Sequence record: NC_061447.1
Length of the DNA stretch: 64,000 bases
Reading direction: 5' to 3' (one strand)
Below, one piece after another: positions 26,890 through 36,827 of the stretch (positions are counted from its first letter, which is position 1; each line of letters begins with the position of its first letter). Under the pieces are notes generated by a model, which did not search any database, had not been told where the DNA came from, and saw only the letters and a list, made by a program, of their open reading frames with translations. A program made the position numbers and the translations under genes.

Positions 26890-27267
26890 ATGATCGTCAT
26901 TTGTAACAGTTCAAAACAGTTTTGTGCTGATCGTCTGGCACACGGGGATGCTTTTGTTTTTGGTAAAACTCGCATGTTGCTACGTGCGGACTTTATCGTC
27001 CTGACCGACAAAAACAATTGCTTCTATGTAGTACGCAAATCTGATGTTGTTTGGGCTCCCGAGCTTACGGGTGCGACGCATGTGATTAAAATCCGGGCGT
27101 TCGCCCAGATTAAGCCATTTGAACTCAACGCAGCATGTCCTCAGTTCAATAGCCGCGTATTCGGAACAATCGCGTTCCGCAATCCGCACTTCGAACACAG
27201 ACTCTCTGGTCTGAAATACGTAGAGACAAACTTCGGAGGTTTACATGGCACGTTATCATGTGTTTAG
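26890..27267 (+). CDS. Hypothetical protein
   Basis: ORF fills the gap; weak RBS, start uncertain. Confidence 0.55.
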   Translation: MIVICNSSKQFCADRLAHGDAFVFGKTRMLLRADFIVLTDKNNCFYVVRKSDVVWAPELTGATHVIKIRAFAQIKPFELNAACPQFNSRVFGTIAFRNPHFEHRLSGLKYVETNFGGLHGTLSCV

Positions 27268-27496
27268 CGCAACCCATAAATACTACGGCGAAGCATACGA
27301 AGGTACGTGGCTGAAAGAGATTACACTCAACGGCCATCAAGTTACCTCAGCCGAGTTTAAAGACTTCGAGAGCGCAAAGGAATGCGCGGACAAGCTGCAT
27401 GAGGTTTGCGATATAGGGTGGATCGTATACAACGCCTTCTCTGAAAGAGCGATGTACGATACCCGCACAGAGCAAGGCGAGTCTGTAAATACATAG
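27245..27496 (+). CDS. Hypothetical protein
   Basis: GGAGG RBS. Confidence 0.7.
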   Translation: MARYHVFSATHKYYGEAYEGTWLKEITLNGHQVTSAEFKDFESAKECADKLHEVCDIGWIVYNAFSERAMYDTRTEQGESVNT

Positions 27497-27570
27497 CAGC
27501 CTCGCCTGCACCTATTCTTAATGTGGCGCTTACGGGCAACACACAAATTCACTATCTAATGAGGTTCAGA

Positions 27571-28083
27571 ATGAAATTCACTTCCATCGCTATCGCACTG
27601 GTTATGGCCGCTTCTTCCGCTAACGCTGCAAACTACAAAGCGCCAGCACCTGCTGCGGGCATGGAGTCTTCTGGCATGTCTATCTCTGACAAACTGGACG
27701 ACTCCTGCCAAACTAAGCTGGCTCAGGCCATTGACCTGCGTGGTGCCGTTGTTGACTTTGCCGTGTCGCGTGACGCTATCGACACTGTGCCGCTCTGGCC
27801 TCTGGTCTGTGCGCCGACTGTTGAAACCAAATCAATCAACGTTGAGCGTACCGGCGCTGACCTGACGATCACCTACATCAACAACGATGTGAAGATGCCA
27901 AAACTTACTTTGGTGTTGCAGCGCGTTAAGTCTGAGAACGACGATGATGCACCTGCGTATCAGATCGTTCAGGTTGGAGATATGAATGCGATGGGCTACG
28001 AAGAACAGTCCGCCGTTAAAGACTGGTTGCTTGATTGCTACGCGGCCACTATTCAAGATGACATGGTGGCGGTGCTGAACTAA
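27571..28083 (+). CDS. Exported (Sec signal peptide) hypothetical protein
   Basis: MKFTSIAIALVMAASSANA-A signal with an A-N-A cleavage site; GAGG RBS; class B motif upstream at 27482. Confidence 0.8.
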   Translation: MKFTSIAIALVMAASSANAANYKAPAPAAGMESSGMSISDKLDDSCQTKLAQAIDLRGAVVDFAVSRDAIDTVPLWPLVCAPTVETKSINVERTGADLTITYINNDVKMPKLTLVLQRVKSENDDDAPAYQIVQVGDMNAMGYEEQSAVKDWLLDCYAATIQDDMVAVLN

Positions 28084-28388
28084 TGAAAGGAAAGAAGTTA
28101 GACGTATTCCTGCAACAACGCACGGCAATAAACAAGGTCGCCTCAAGTCCACAAGACTGGCAGACTTATAAAGAAATGCTGTTGAACATACGGCTTGCCG
28201 TTGCTGTTGAACCACGACCCGATGCTGCGGTGCGACACTTAGCTCGCACTTGGCACGCGGAAAAGAAATATGCGCTCCCTGTCTGTCAGGCCACGCTTTT
28301 AAAACTGATGACGTTGAAGAAAGCGAACCAAACGCTTGAAGAAATGATCGCGCTCTACATTGACCTTGAGGAAGGACCAATCAAATGA
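28083..28388 (+). CDS. Hypothetical protein
   Basis: TAATG overlap. Confidence 0.65.
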   Translation: MKGKKLDVFLQQRTAINKVASSPQDWQTYKEMLLNIRLAVAVEPRPDAAVRHLARTWHAEKKYALPVCQATLLKLMTLKKANQTLEEMIALYIDLEEGPIK

Positions 28389-29587
28389 CCGAAGCTGAGA
28401 TGAACATCGACCAAGTAACAAACGCCGCTAAAACCATTTTTCGTTCTGGTACCGCTGAACAGCGTGATGCACTTCGTGCTGTAGCCAACACGGTGCTTGC
28501 TGGTTCTGCTGCGCTGGCTTACGAAGGCACCGAGCCTGATGTTGAAACTACCTATCGTCTGCTGTCTAAGATTCAATTCTCTGGCGATGGCCAACAAATG
28601 CTACCTGCCGATGAAATCTACGCACTCGACACGTTGCTGCGTAAAGGCAAGAAAGCCACGTTCATGCGCGCCGTAGAAAACATAGCACTGACTATGTACT
28701 GCACTGACCCACGTACTGCTGGTCGCGGTTATTGGCCAAAGAACAACAACGATCTGAATCTGCTATTGACCCGCGCTTTTATCTGGCTGGTTGCTCAGGA
28801 AGGTCTGGAGAACATTCTGGTCAAAGACACTTCTGTAGTGAGCCATACGCGTCTGGCGCAGTTCCTGATCGCAACGCAGGTTGCAGGTAAAGACGAAGGT
28901 GCGCTGCGTCACTTCACGCTTTATCATCCGCATCAAGATACAGGCAACATCTATTCCTGCAACGTGCTACCTGATGAATATATCGCTTCATTGAAAGCGG
29001 CGCGTCGTGCGAATCGTCCTGAAGAATACGATCAGGTTCGTGGAATGTCGTTCAATCAACTCGCAGATCTGTGTGAGCGCCTGAATGTTATTGGTCCTAA
29101 CTCTGTGCCAAAACACTCATGTAGCTGTGATGATGAAGATTGCGAATGTGAGGACGATGATTACCGCAGCCGAGAAGATTACGAAGGCGACACCGAAGAA
29201 CTGCTTGAAGATTTTTACGGTAAGTTCGGTGACCCTGACGACGACGAAGAACCAGAACAAGATATCTGGCAGCCTGACGTATCGCTCATGGAAGTCGAAA
29301 TCGATCTGCCTGCCGTAACGTTACCGCGTCCTGCGCCGGATGCTTATGTAGGCCGAGCGCCTTCTCGCTACAAGAAGCCAGTTCAGAAAACATCGCGTAC
29401 TAAATTGCTCCTTACCCGTGAGCAACAAATCTGGCACACGATTGATACTGATAACAAAGAGTTCGGTGATCGTCGTTTTGCTATTACGCTCGTATCACGC
29501 CACACGTGCGGCGTAAGTCATGCAATCGCCACAGCCCGTGAAGCACTCGCAGTTGCTGCCGTGCTTATGGACGAAAGTAGCAAATAA
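28385..29587 (+). CDS. Hypothetical protein with a Cys/acidic linker
   Basis: 400 aa ORF, GAGGAAGG RBS. Confidence 0.8.
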   Translation: MTEAEMNIDQVTNAAKTIFRSGTAEQRDALRAVANTVLAGSAALAYEGTEPDVETTYRLLSKIQFSGDGQQMLPADEIYALDTLLRKGKKATFMRAVENIALTMYCTDPRTAGRGYWPKNNNDLNLLLTRAFIWLVAQEGLENILVKDTSVVSHTRLAQFLIATQVAGKDEGALRHFTLYHPHQDTGNIYSCNVLPDEYIASLKAARRANRPEEYDQVRGMSFNQLADLCERLNVIGPNSVPKHSCSCDDEDCECEDDDYRSREDYEGDTEELLEDFYGKFGDPDDDEEPEQDIWQPDVSLMEVEIDLPAVTLPRPAPDAYVGRAPSRYKKPVQKTSRTKLLLTREQQIWHTIDTDNKEFGDRRFAITLVSRHTCGVSHAIATAREALAVAAVLMDESSK

Positions 29588-29632
29588 CTGGTCAAACTAG
29601 CGCTTCGATTCGAGGCGCTTTTCTGCTATAAT
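29580..29632 (+). promoter_or_regulatory. Class A promoter
   Basis: GCAAATAACTGGTCAAACT ... TGC-TATAAT at 29627, spacer 32. Confidence 0.8.
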
Positions 29633-29700
29633 CATAGCTAGAGCAATATTGCTCTCAACGTCATTTTTTAACCATACGTTTATAACGGGAATTGTCATTT

Positions 29701-30003
29701 ATGTCACGCACTATTTCACGCAAGAAAGCAGTTAACCTCATGTCCACCACTTACAACGCGAAACACCCTGAGTACCTGCCACGCCTGTTGGCAGAAGATA
29801 TGGACTCGACTCACCTGTTTGAGTTTCGTGAAATGGTAATCGCCAAGATTCAATCTGGTGAAGACCCAACTAAAGTGGTCGATGACATGATCGATACTGC
29901 AATCCGCGTCACTCAGGTTCGTCGTCGCACCAGCAATGACTATAATCCGAAAATCGCTGACGTGCTGACTGATGAAATGCGTGAGATGCTCCGTAACCTT
30001 TAA
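29701..30003 (+). CDS. Hypothetical protein
   Basis: First ORF after the promoter; start uncertain. Confidence 0.7.
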   Translation: MSRTISRKKAVNLMSTTYNAKHPEYLPRLLAEDMDSTHLFEFREMVIAKIQSGEDPTKVVDDMIDTAIRVTQVRRRTSNDYNPKIADVLTDEMREMLRNL

Positions 30004-30011
30004 GGATTAAA

Positions 30012-30566
30012 ATGAAAAGCTACGGTTACTTCTTTATTCTGAATCACATCGCTATGGCCGTAGATGCACCCGACAAGGACGTCGGGTTTAAAGCTATGGT
30101 TGAACTGGATATGCTCAATCGCGCATCTATTTTTGCTCGACCTGACGCAGAGCCTCGCGCTGCTAAACTTGTGCGTGACTTAACTCAGGCAATCTACCCA
30201 CCGGCATCCGATATTCATCCGACTGTTGCGCAGCGTATGATGTTGGTGAAAGCTCTGCACGATGAAGAACTCGAATCTATCGTTGGTGGTATTCGCTTCT
30301 TCGTGCCGTTTGCGTACACGAAAGAACAACTGACCGAGCAGTTCGGTTTCTTTGATAGTGGTGAAGCGCTTAACGTGCCGTACTATCTACGGCACATGCT
30401 CATGGAAGATCAAGCTGTCTTCCTTGACGGTAAGCTGACCAGCTTCGCGCATTCGTGCGCACACGGCGAAGTGACGCAGACAGCCAGAACTTACGGTCTG
30501 CTTCCTGCTCAGGCTTATGGCAAAAACGATATTCCTGAGCAATTCAAACATCTGCCTCTGTTTTAG
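30012..30566 (+). CDS. Hypothetical protein
   Basis: AAGGA RBS. Confidence 0.75.
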   Translation: MKSYGYFFILNHIAMAVDAPDKDVGFKAMVELDMLNRASIFARPDAEPRAAKLVRDLTQAIYPPASDIHPTVAQRMMLVKALHDEELESIVGGIRFFVPFAYTKEQLTEQFGFFDSGEALNVPYYLRHMLMEDQAVFLDGKLTSFAHSCAHGEVTQTARTYGLLPAQAYGKNDIPEQFKHLPLF

Positions 30567-30578
30567 GAGACAACGCTC

Positions 30579-31037
30579 ATGGGAGTTGTTAAAGGCATAA
30601 CCGCTACCACGTTCCCTTCACGGGGACGTGACGAGGGCCAGAAGATTGCTCTCAAGACTCGCTGGGGAATTTATCCAGCGGTCATTGTGCGACAAGATAA
30701 CGACCAGCCGTACAATGAGATATGGAAGATCGATGCAAAGAATCTTCCTCGCCGTTACTTCGCTGAAAGCGATGACCTGTTCGTGTCTCGCCACTACATT
30801 GAGAACTACGCGAAGCATTCACCTATCTGTGCTAAAGGTGAGTACGAAGGTCAGTTCGTCGATGTTGTGTTTGACTACGACACGCAAAATAAATGCGAAG
30901 GCGTTGTTGTGACGCATCGTGATTTGCTTTTGGTAATTCTTATTACCACAGGCCCACATTCAGGTCGCTACGTCACTGGCAAAGAATGTCAGTATGCACC
31001 GCGACCTCGTTCCACCAAAGAACTAATCGACAACTAA
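30579..31037 (+). CDS. Hypothetical protein
   Basis: AGGAG RBS. Confidence 0.75.
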   Translation: MGVVKGITATTFPSRGRDEGQKIALKTRWGIYPAVIVRQDNDQPYNEIWKIDAKNLPRRYFAESDDLFVSRHYIENYAKHSPICAKGEYEGQFVDVVFDYDTQNKCEGVVVTHRDLLLVILITTGPHSGRYVTGKECQYAPRPRSTKELIDN

Positions 31038-31047
31038 GGACGTACTA

Positions 31048-31542
31048 ATGCAATTCAAAGTAATGCCAGACCTCAATCGCTACCCTGACTTCATCATGCC
31101 TAAACGCGCCTCCGGTCAGGCTGCTGGTGTTGACCTGTTTGCTCAGGAAGACATGGAGATCACAAACAATACCGAACTGTTTGAGCTGGGCTTTAAAGCA
31201 GCGGTCCCTGAAGGTTACGTTGGCATCATCTTCCCTCGCAGCGGCCTGGGTGCTAAGTTCAACTGTCAATTGTCTAACACGCTTGGTGTGATTGATAGTG
31301 ACTATCGTGGAGAGTGGATGGCAGCTCTGCATCTCGGCGGTAAAGGCACTAAGGTTCAGATCGTCGAAACGCATCGACCGAGCCACGATCAAACACATCG
31401 CCTTGTGGTTAAGAAAGGCGAAGCGTATGCACAAGTGCTGTTCTTCGAAGTGCCTCTGATGGAGATCGTGCAGGTCTCCGAGCTGGACGACACTGAACGT
31501 GGTGAGGGTGGTTTCGGTTCCACCACACCTGCCCGTGGATGA
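31048..31542 (+). CDS. dut: dUTP diphosphatase (trimeric dUTPase)
   Basis: AAGVDL, PEGY.G.IFPRSGLG, NT.GVIDSDYRGE, AQVLF, TERGEGGFGST motifs. Confidence 0.97.
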   Translation: MQFKVMPDLNRYPDFIMPKRASGQAAGVDLFAQEDMEITNNTELFELGFKAAVPEGYVGIIFPRSGLGAKFNCQLSNTLGVIDSDYRGEWMAALHLGGKGTKVQIVETHRPSHDQTHRLVVKKGEAYAQVLFFEVPLMEIVQVSELDDTERGEGGFGSTTPARG

Positions 31543-31750
31543 TCTGCTGATAGTGCTTATCGCCTACTATATTGTGGGCGTTATCATATTCATTCGCGAT
31601 CTATACGATGCCGCAGAAGACACGGTGCTCCGCAAACAGTTCGATGCAGAACTCGAACAGACCTCTAATACAGGTCTGGCGATTGAACTTATCCGTGTTG
31701 TGCTATTCGTTGTGTTTATCCACATCCCTTGCTGGATATTCCGCGTATAG
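31535..31750 (+). CDS. Small membrane protein (2 TM)
   Basis: Hydrophobic N- and C-terminal segments; GTG start uncertain. Confidence 0.55.
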   Translation: MDDLLIVLIAYYIVGVIIFIRDLYDAAEDTVLRKQFDAELEQTSNTGLAIELIRVVLFVVFIHIPCWIFRV

Positions 31751-31808
31751 TGACGCTACTCACACGAGGAGCCTTACGTGGGCTCCTCATTATCGTAATA
31801 TAAACACT

Positions 31809-32123
31809 ATGGCAAAGAAAACTTATCTGCTACCTCGTGAGCGCCCAAGCCCGTTGCCTAATCTACGAGCCTATCTCGCGTTTCTCGCCCGGAAGCCTAA
31901 TGCTAATCGCGCAGTATTAGAATCGTATTGCAAAGCAAGTGTGGCACAAATGGCGCGCGGCCGTTTCTTTGTAGGTAAGCTCTTTGGCTACAAGGTGTAT
32001 ACGAAATCGAACAAGCTCGCATACACGGTTGTCTGGATTGACCCATACAACTACGATTGTCTTGTTCTAAACCATCAAAGGAGAGAAGTAGAGTTTAAAA
32101 ACCTTTATGGCCTGCTTTTATAG
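31809..32123 (+). CDS. Hypothetical basic protein
   Basis: ORF after the hairpin at about 31768-31788. Confidence 0.6.
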   Translation: MAKKTYLLPRERPSPLPNLRAYLAFLARKPNANRAVLESYCKASVAQMARGRFFVGKLFGYKVYTKSNKLAYTVVWIDPYNYDCLVLNHQRREVEFKNLYGLLL

Positions 32124-32160
32124 TTGGGTCCTAGCGCCTTCACACTAGGGGAATCTTCCG

Positions 32161-32841
32161 ATGATAACTGTTCTTAACAATCGTACCGACGAGGTAATTA
32201 ACCGCCTGAACGTAGCAGTATGGATTTGCGTAGCGTTTGCATCGGCAATCTTTGCCGCATTGCTCTTAACGCCAGCATCTGCCAGTATGTCTACAGGCCC
32301 TGACAACGCCATTGATATTTCATCTTCCGTGTCACTCGATCCCTCCAATCGCGTGGCAACCAAATACAAGGAGATAGAAAAGGCAGTAGCTGCAAAAGAG
32401 GAACGAAGGCCAAAACGCTATGTAACACGCGAGCGCCTCCGACAACTCTATGCTCACTTGCCTCATCCTTCTGACTTAGGCAAGCAGATTGATTTGGCCG
32501 CAGAGAAGTACAACGTAGATGCAAAACTGCTTCTATCGATCTGCGTCTCCGAGTCGCATCTTCGTGCAAAGGTCAGAAATAAATCCGGCGCTACGGGCCT
32601 GTGTCAAATCATGCCTAACATGCACGGACGTACTGTTAAGGAACTGCAAGATTATCGCATCAACGTTGATCAGGCAGCCCAGATTGTTGCGTTACTAAAC
32701 AAGCAGTGTAAAGGACGACGCGCCTGCGTTATCCAAAGTTACAACACTGGTTGGGGAGCATATTTGAAGGGGGTACGTGCCCCGCAATATTTAGCGAAAG
32801 TTCAGACTGAGTATCGCCGCAAGCATACTCCATCTTCATAA
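32161..32841 (+). CDS. Lytic transglycosylase (SLT domain) with an N-terminal signal or anchor
   Basis: YNVD..LL.SI...ES (catalytic Glu), SGATGLCQIMP, NV..AA..V, YNTG; hydrophobic VAVWICVAFASAIFAALLL..ASA. Confidence 0.85.
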   Translation: MITVLNNRTDEVINRLNVAVWICVAFASAIFAALLLTPASASMSTGPDNAIDISSSVSLDPSNRVATKYKEIEKAVAAKEERRPKRYVTRERLRQLYAHLPHPSDLGKQIDLAAEKYNVDAKLLLSICVSESHLRAKVRNKSGATGLCQIMPNMHGRTVKELQDYRINVDQAAQIVALLNKQCKGRRACVIQSYNTGWGAYLKGVRAPQYLAKVQTEYRRKHTPSS

Positions 32842-32855
32842 TAGAGGACATAATA

Positions 32856-33542
32856 ATGAACATCAATATCACCACGCTGTACAAAATGCAATTCCAGTTA
32901 CTGAAACCTCTGTCACCTCGTCAGGAGTATGCGCTTGTTGTGCTGCTCTGTGACAACGTGCAAGATGGGGATGTGGCTGCACTGGCTCAAGTAATCGTTC
33001 GTGACTATCCGCACGTTGCGCGTCTGTATGATGCGTTCGCTGCCGCCAACCAGTATGAGAATGCCGTGCCGTTCATCGTACCTGTGTTGAACTCGGATGA
33101 AGTCACCGAAGAGATCTTCTGCATTCGTAATCACGCTCTGGTTGTTGCACCTGACCTGCGCGATTCTCTGTATCAGGCTCTGACTCGCGTTGTAATGATG
33201 CGTGAAACTCCTGATGAATTGCTGATGCGTGAAGGCGCTGAATTGATTCTGGTCCATGACGCTCTGCCGTTCTTGCTTGGCCAGTTCGTTGACAGTATGC
33301 TCGACGCGTACAACTGTGGTGTGCTGCCTGTGGTTATTCGTCCTACGAAAGACCAGCAGGCTATGCGTGATGATCGCCTGTTGTCGTTTGAGATGTTGCG
33401 CGACAACAATATGTTCTCTGGAAGTCTGGACTTCACTAAAGCTCTACAGCCGAGCGAGAAAGCGAAAGCAATTGCTGCCCAGCTTATCTCTCGTCTGCGT
33501 GGTGTCAAGTCGGCACACGGCTTCGATGCAGTAACACAATAA
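32856..33542 (+). CDS. Hypothetical protein
   Basis: GAGG RBS. Confidence 0.8.
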   Translation: MNINITTLYKMQFQLLKPLSPRQEYALVVLLCDNVQDGDVAALAQVIVRDYPHVARLYDAFAAANQYENAVPFIVPVLNSDEVTEEIFCIRNHALVVAPDLRDSLYQALTRVVMMRETPDELLMREGAELILVHDALPFLLGQFVDSMLDAYNCGVLPVVIRPTKDQQAMRDDRLLSFEMLRDNNMFSGSLDFTKALQPSEKAKAIAAQLISRLRGVKSAHGFDAVTQ

Positions 33543-33549
33543 AACACAA

Positions 33550-33578
33550 CGGGAGACCTTAACTGGTTTCCCGTTTTT
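33550..33578 (+). terminator. Rho-independent terminator
   Basis: CGGGAGACC-TTAACT-GGTTTCCCG-TTTTT. Confidence 0.8.
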
Positions 33579-33609
33579 CATTTCTGCGCAAATTTTTGAG
33601 ACTACGACG

Positions 33610-34578
33610 ATGACTAATCAATTCCAACAAATCCCTGCAGGTAAAACCCTTCTGCCATTCTATTCTTCTGTTGCACTTAACGTCTACTTCAACGAGCGTA
33701 TCAAACGTCTTGGCCTGACTAAGGTGTGGGAATACGTAGAGCGCAACAACTGTCCTGCGTTCGGCGACGATCAGATAATGGAAGCTCTGCACTATCATTC
33801 GACCGTACACATGAAGCACGTAACGGCTCTTGCGCTTTGGTTGCTTGACTGCGAAGCTATTCACGATTGGCAATACAGAAACGGCGCAGTCCCATTAGCT
33901 ATTGCCTGTATGTTCCACGACATGAATCATACTCTCGGTCAGAAAGACGATGCGTACAATGTCCAGCAAGCTGTTGCCGCATTGGAGAAAGCTGCTCACC
34001 ATGAACTGGCCGACGCTGTGCTGATCGATAACTGCGATATTGCGGCCGACCTGATTCGTGTTACGCAATTCCCCTACTCGGAAGACCGCGTGCCGAAGAA
34101 TATGATTGAGCGTTGTATTCGTGACGCGGATATTCTCTACGGCATGCAGCCGTTTGTTATCGACCACGTTATGTTTGGTTTACGTGAAGAAGTGAATAGC
34201 AATCCTGATATGCCTTATACCTTCACACAGAAAGAGTGGGCTGCTGGTCGTGTTGACTTCCTGCGTAGCGTTGAGATGTTTACGCAGACCGGCAAAGACG
34301 CTATGGACTGGTTGCTTGATGCAGAAAACGATCACAACCATCAGGCGAAGATTGAAAGCTGGATGACAGACAACATTGATTTTATTGTTACCAGTGCTCG
34401 CCGCGTCAAAGCGAACGATGTTCTGTTTATCGACACACCAGAAGATACGTTGAAAGCTCGTCGCTTGATTGAGCGTGTTGCTGACATGGGTGTGGGTTTC
34501 AACGTCTATTTCAATGACGGCACTTCGGTTCATCTGCGTAATGGCGAGAGTTGTGTGGTCTGCGAAAGACGCAAATAA
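33610..34578 (+). CDS. HD-superfamily metal-dependent phosphohydrolase
   Basis: YHSTVH, ACMFHDMNH, IRDADIL. Confidence 0.8.
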   Translation: MTNQFQQIPAGKTLLPFYSSVALNVYFNERIKRLGLTKVWEYVERNNCPAFGDDQIMEALHYHSTVHMKHVTALALWLLDCEAIHDWQYRNGAVPLAIACMFHDMNHTLGQKDDAYNVQQAVAALEKAAHHELADAVLIDNCDIAADLIRVTQFPYSEDRVPKNMIERCIRDADILYGMQPFVIDHVMFGLREEVNSNPDMPYTFTQKEWAAGRVDFLRSVEMFTQTGKDAMDWLLDAENDHNHQAKIESWMTDNIDFIVTSARRVKANDVLFIDTPEDTLKARRLIERVADMGVGFNVYFNDGTSVHLRNGESCVVCERRK

Positions 34579-34623
34579 TAGGATGAAATAGGCGGTATAC
34601 GAACCACGTGCCTGTGATATAAT
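34571..34623 (+). promoter_or_regulatory. Class A promoter (variant)
   Basis: GCAAATAATAGGATGAAAT ... TGA-TATAAT at 34618. Confidence 0.75.
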
Positions 34624-34655
34624 ACGCATAGACACACATAATAGAGAGAACTCGA

Positions 34656-35360
34656 ATGAAATACTTGAAGCGCATTCATCCAAACGTAGACGCCAGCTTA
34701 TTTGCGGTTAATGGAATCGTAATGCCGATGGCCTTCTTCTACATGGACGTCACCGTTCACGATCAGGAACGCGGCGACAAAGAAATAAAAATCGGTGTGC
34801 GTATGAATCCTAACGTTTCTCGTGAATCTTATTTGCCTGGCGTGGATTACAGAACGTTTATTCCAGTGTTAGCCTGCGACCCGTCCTCCGACGAAGGGTT
34901 CCACACCGAGCTGGGATTCATCGACATTAACAGTCGCTATGTTGACATGCACCACCAGAAGCGAACGTATATTGCTTATCTTGGTTCGTTGCCTGATGTT
35001 GCTGAGTCCGATGTACGCGACAAACGTTATGTATGTCCAGTAGACATACGCCAAGTACCGCCACATCCTGACATGCCTCAACGTTTCCGCAACGTGCCAC
35101 GCTACGGAGCAACGATACGCACTGACTATCTGCGCACTTCTGTGCTCGACCAGATAGATGATGAAACGTGGGAAGCGCTGCGCACCATCGACCACGCTAA
35201 AGGCACCACGTGGTCGCAGTTCTTAGATGCCGCAACGTCAGGGCGCTTCACTCCGCACGATGATCTGTCAGACTGCTTGGAGAGTCTGGAAGAAGAATAC
35301 ATGCCCGAACATATCTTCAAGCGTATTCGTATTTCTCAATTCGAGAAAAGAAGGGGCTAA
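34656..35360 (+). CDS. Hypothetical protein
   Basis: 234 aa ORF after the promoter. Confidence 0.75.
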   Translation: MKYLKRIHPNVDASLFAVNGIVMPMAFFYMDVTVHDQERGDKEIKIGVRMNPNVSRESYLPGVDYRTFIPVLACDPSSDEGFHTELGFIDINSRYVDMHHQKRTYIAYLGSLPDVAESDVRDKRYVCPVDIRQVPPHPDMPQRFRNVPRYGATIRTDYLRTSVLDQIDDETWEALRTIDHAKGTTWSQFLDAATSGRFTPHDDLSDCLESLEEEYMPEHIFKRIRISQFEKRRG

Positions 35361-35362
35361 TC

Positions 35363-35593
35363 ATGATGCACGATATATACAAGGTAAGTGCTGTCTTGTT
35401 CTACCTGCTTGGCGCTATGGCTTTCCTTGCACATATCGTTGGCTTCGTGAAGAACTGGATGAAGATAAAAGAGATGCGGCAGAAAGCACAGGCGAAGATC
35501 GCCAAAGTGAAAACGCCGCATGAACTGATTAAACGCCGTTTGCGAAAAGCAGAAGAACGCGCACGGCACCGCCCACGTAAACTGAGAGATTGA
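35363..35593 (+). CDS. Small membrane-anchored basic protein
   Basis: One TM segment plus an Arg/Lys-rich tail. Confidence 0.7.
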   Translation: MMHDIYKVSAVLFYLLGAMAFLAHIVGFVKNWMKIKEMRQKAQAKIAKVKTPHELIKRRLRKAEERARHRPRKLRD

Positions 35594-35595
35594 TT

Positions 35596-35904
35596 ATGGC
35601 TGAGATAACTATCGAACCCAAATTGACAAACAAAGTACGCAAGGCTCTTGAGACTTGCTGGGATGAAACAACCAATAGAAACGAAGGCCCGATAGCATTC
35701 TCGTTTCTCGCCTCATCTTTTGCCAAAGATGGTAAGCGCCTGTTCGAAGGTGAGTTGCGCCTGATCAATGCGATTCTGCGCGAAGCCATAAACATCAACC
35801 TGTATGGCTGGTACGTAGCAACTGTCCATAACAGTAAAAAGGGTGACATGCTGATATTCCAGCCTGTTGCTGACCTCGAAGATATCGTTGAACTGGAGCT
35901 GTGA
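35596..35904 (+). CDS. Hypothetical protein
   Basis: GAGAG RBS. Confidence 0.7.
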   Translation: MAEITIEPKLTNKVRKALETCWDETTNRNEGPIAFSFLASSFAKDGKRLFEGELRLINAILREAININLYGWYVATVHNSKKGDMLIFQPVADLEDIVELEL

Positions 35905-35905
35905 C

Positions 35906-36214
35906 ATGAAAGAAAAATCAAAAGTTAATCTGCACCATATCCAAACAGTAACGCTGCGTACTCTGGATGATATTCTGCAACGTAAGAGCGAACACGATCT
36001 GCCTAATACGTCGTTCTCTGTTAAACAGTCTCACCTATTTCCTGATACGGAGATGACGATTAAACACGCGAGCGATATGGCGATCTTTCTTTCATCGCCT
36101 TCCGTATGTGAGAAGTACGGTCGATGGGCAATAGCGCCTGAGCGAAATGCAAACAACGAACTTGTTGTTGTGTTTGTTCCCGTTCCTGCCATTTCAAATG
36201 TCGTGGAGCTGTAG
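35906..36214 (+). CDS. Hypothetical protein
   Basis: GGAG RBS inside the previous gene end. Confidence 0.7.
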   Translation: MKEKSKVNLHHIQTVTLRTLDDILQRKSEHDLPNTSFSVKQSHLFPDTEMTIKHASDMAIFLSSPSVCEKYGRWAIAPERNANNELVVVFVPVPAISNVVEL

Positions 36215-36215
36215 C

Positions 36216-36791
36216 ATGGAACAGATTGATATGTTTGATACGCAGGGTGCTCATGAAATCTCCGAGTACACTGAACTTGATTCAGATCGTTTGCATCCGT
36301 CTGTGGTTACGCGCAATGACCGTCGCGTGATTGCTGCGTTCGGCCAGCCTGTACTTAGTGACGAATATCTTGCTAAGTACCCAAGTATGCGTCCTGGTAA
36401 ATTGAAGTTTCGCAAGAAGCTGGTTGTGATTCATGAGTTCGTGCTCGTCACGCATGATAAACTGAAAGCCAGTTTGTTGAAAAATCAGGGCGACGTGCGC
36501 CGTATGAGCAACGCCGACCCGCAGTACCTGATCAATGTGTACAACCACACAGAGAAGGTAGCGTTGTTCATGCGTGACTTTGAAGACTTCATGAGCCACT
36601 TCATGAATGCCCTTCATTTGTTTACTGTGGCAACTGTGTATGATGGCCGACTGCTGGTATTTGCAGAGAACGGCGATCCGCTTGTTACCTCAGAAGAAAC
36701 GTTGGCGATGCTCACCGAGATTGAGCACTTCATCAACAAGAGCAAAGTGTATCGCGTACACTCACAACACGCTATCTACCGTACAATCTAA
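36216..36791 (+). CDS. Hypothetical protein
   Basis: GGAG RBS inside the previous gene end. Confidence 0.75.
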   Translation: MEQIDMFDTQGAHEISEYTELDSDRLHPSVVTRNDRRVIAAFGQPVLSDEYLAKYPSMRPGKLKFRKKLVVIHEFVLVTHDKLKASLLKNQGDVRRMSNADPQYLINVYNHTEKVALFMRDFEDFMSHFMNALHLFTVATVYDGRLLVFAENGDPLVTSEETLAMLTEIEHFINKSKVYRVHSQHAIYRTI

Positions 36792-36827
36792 CCTGAGCGC
36801 TTACGGGCGCTCTACTGGAGAAACATT

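Noticed and set aside
31535-31750. Holin call for the 2-TM ORF near the SLT gene
   Set aside because: Only hydrophobicity supports it. There is no dual-start motif, it is separated from the SLT gene by another ORF, and many similar small TM proteins occur elsewhere in the window.
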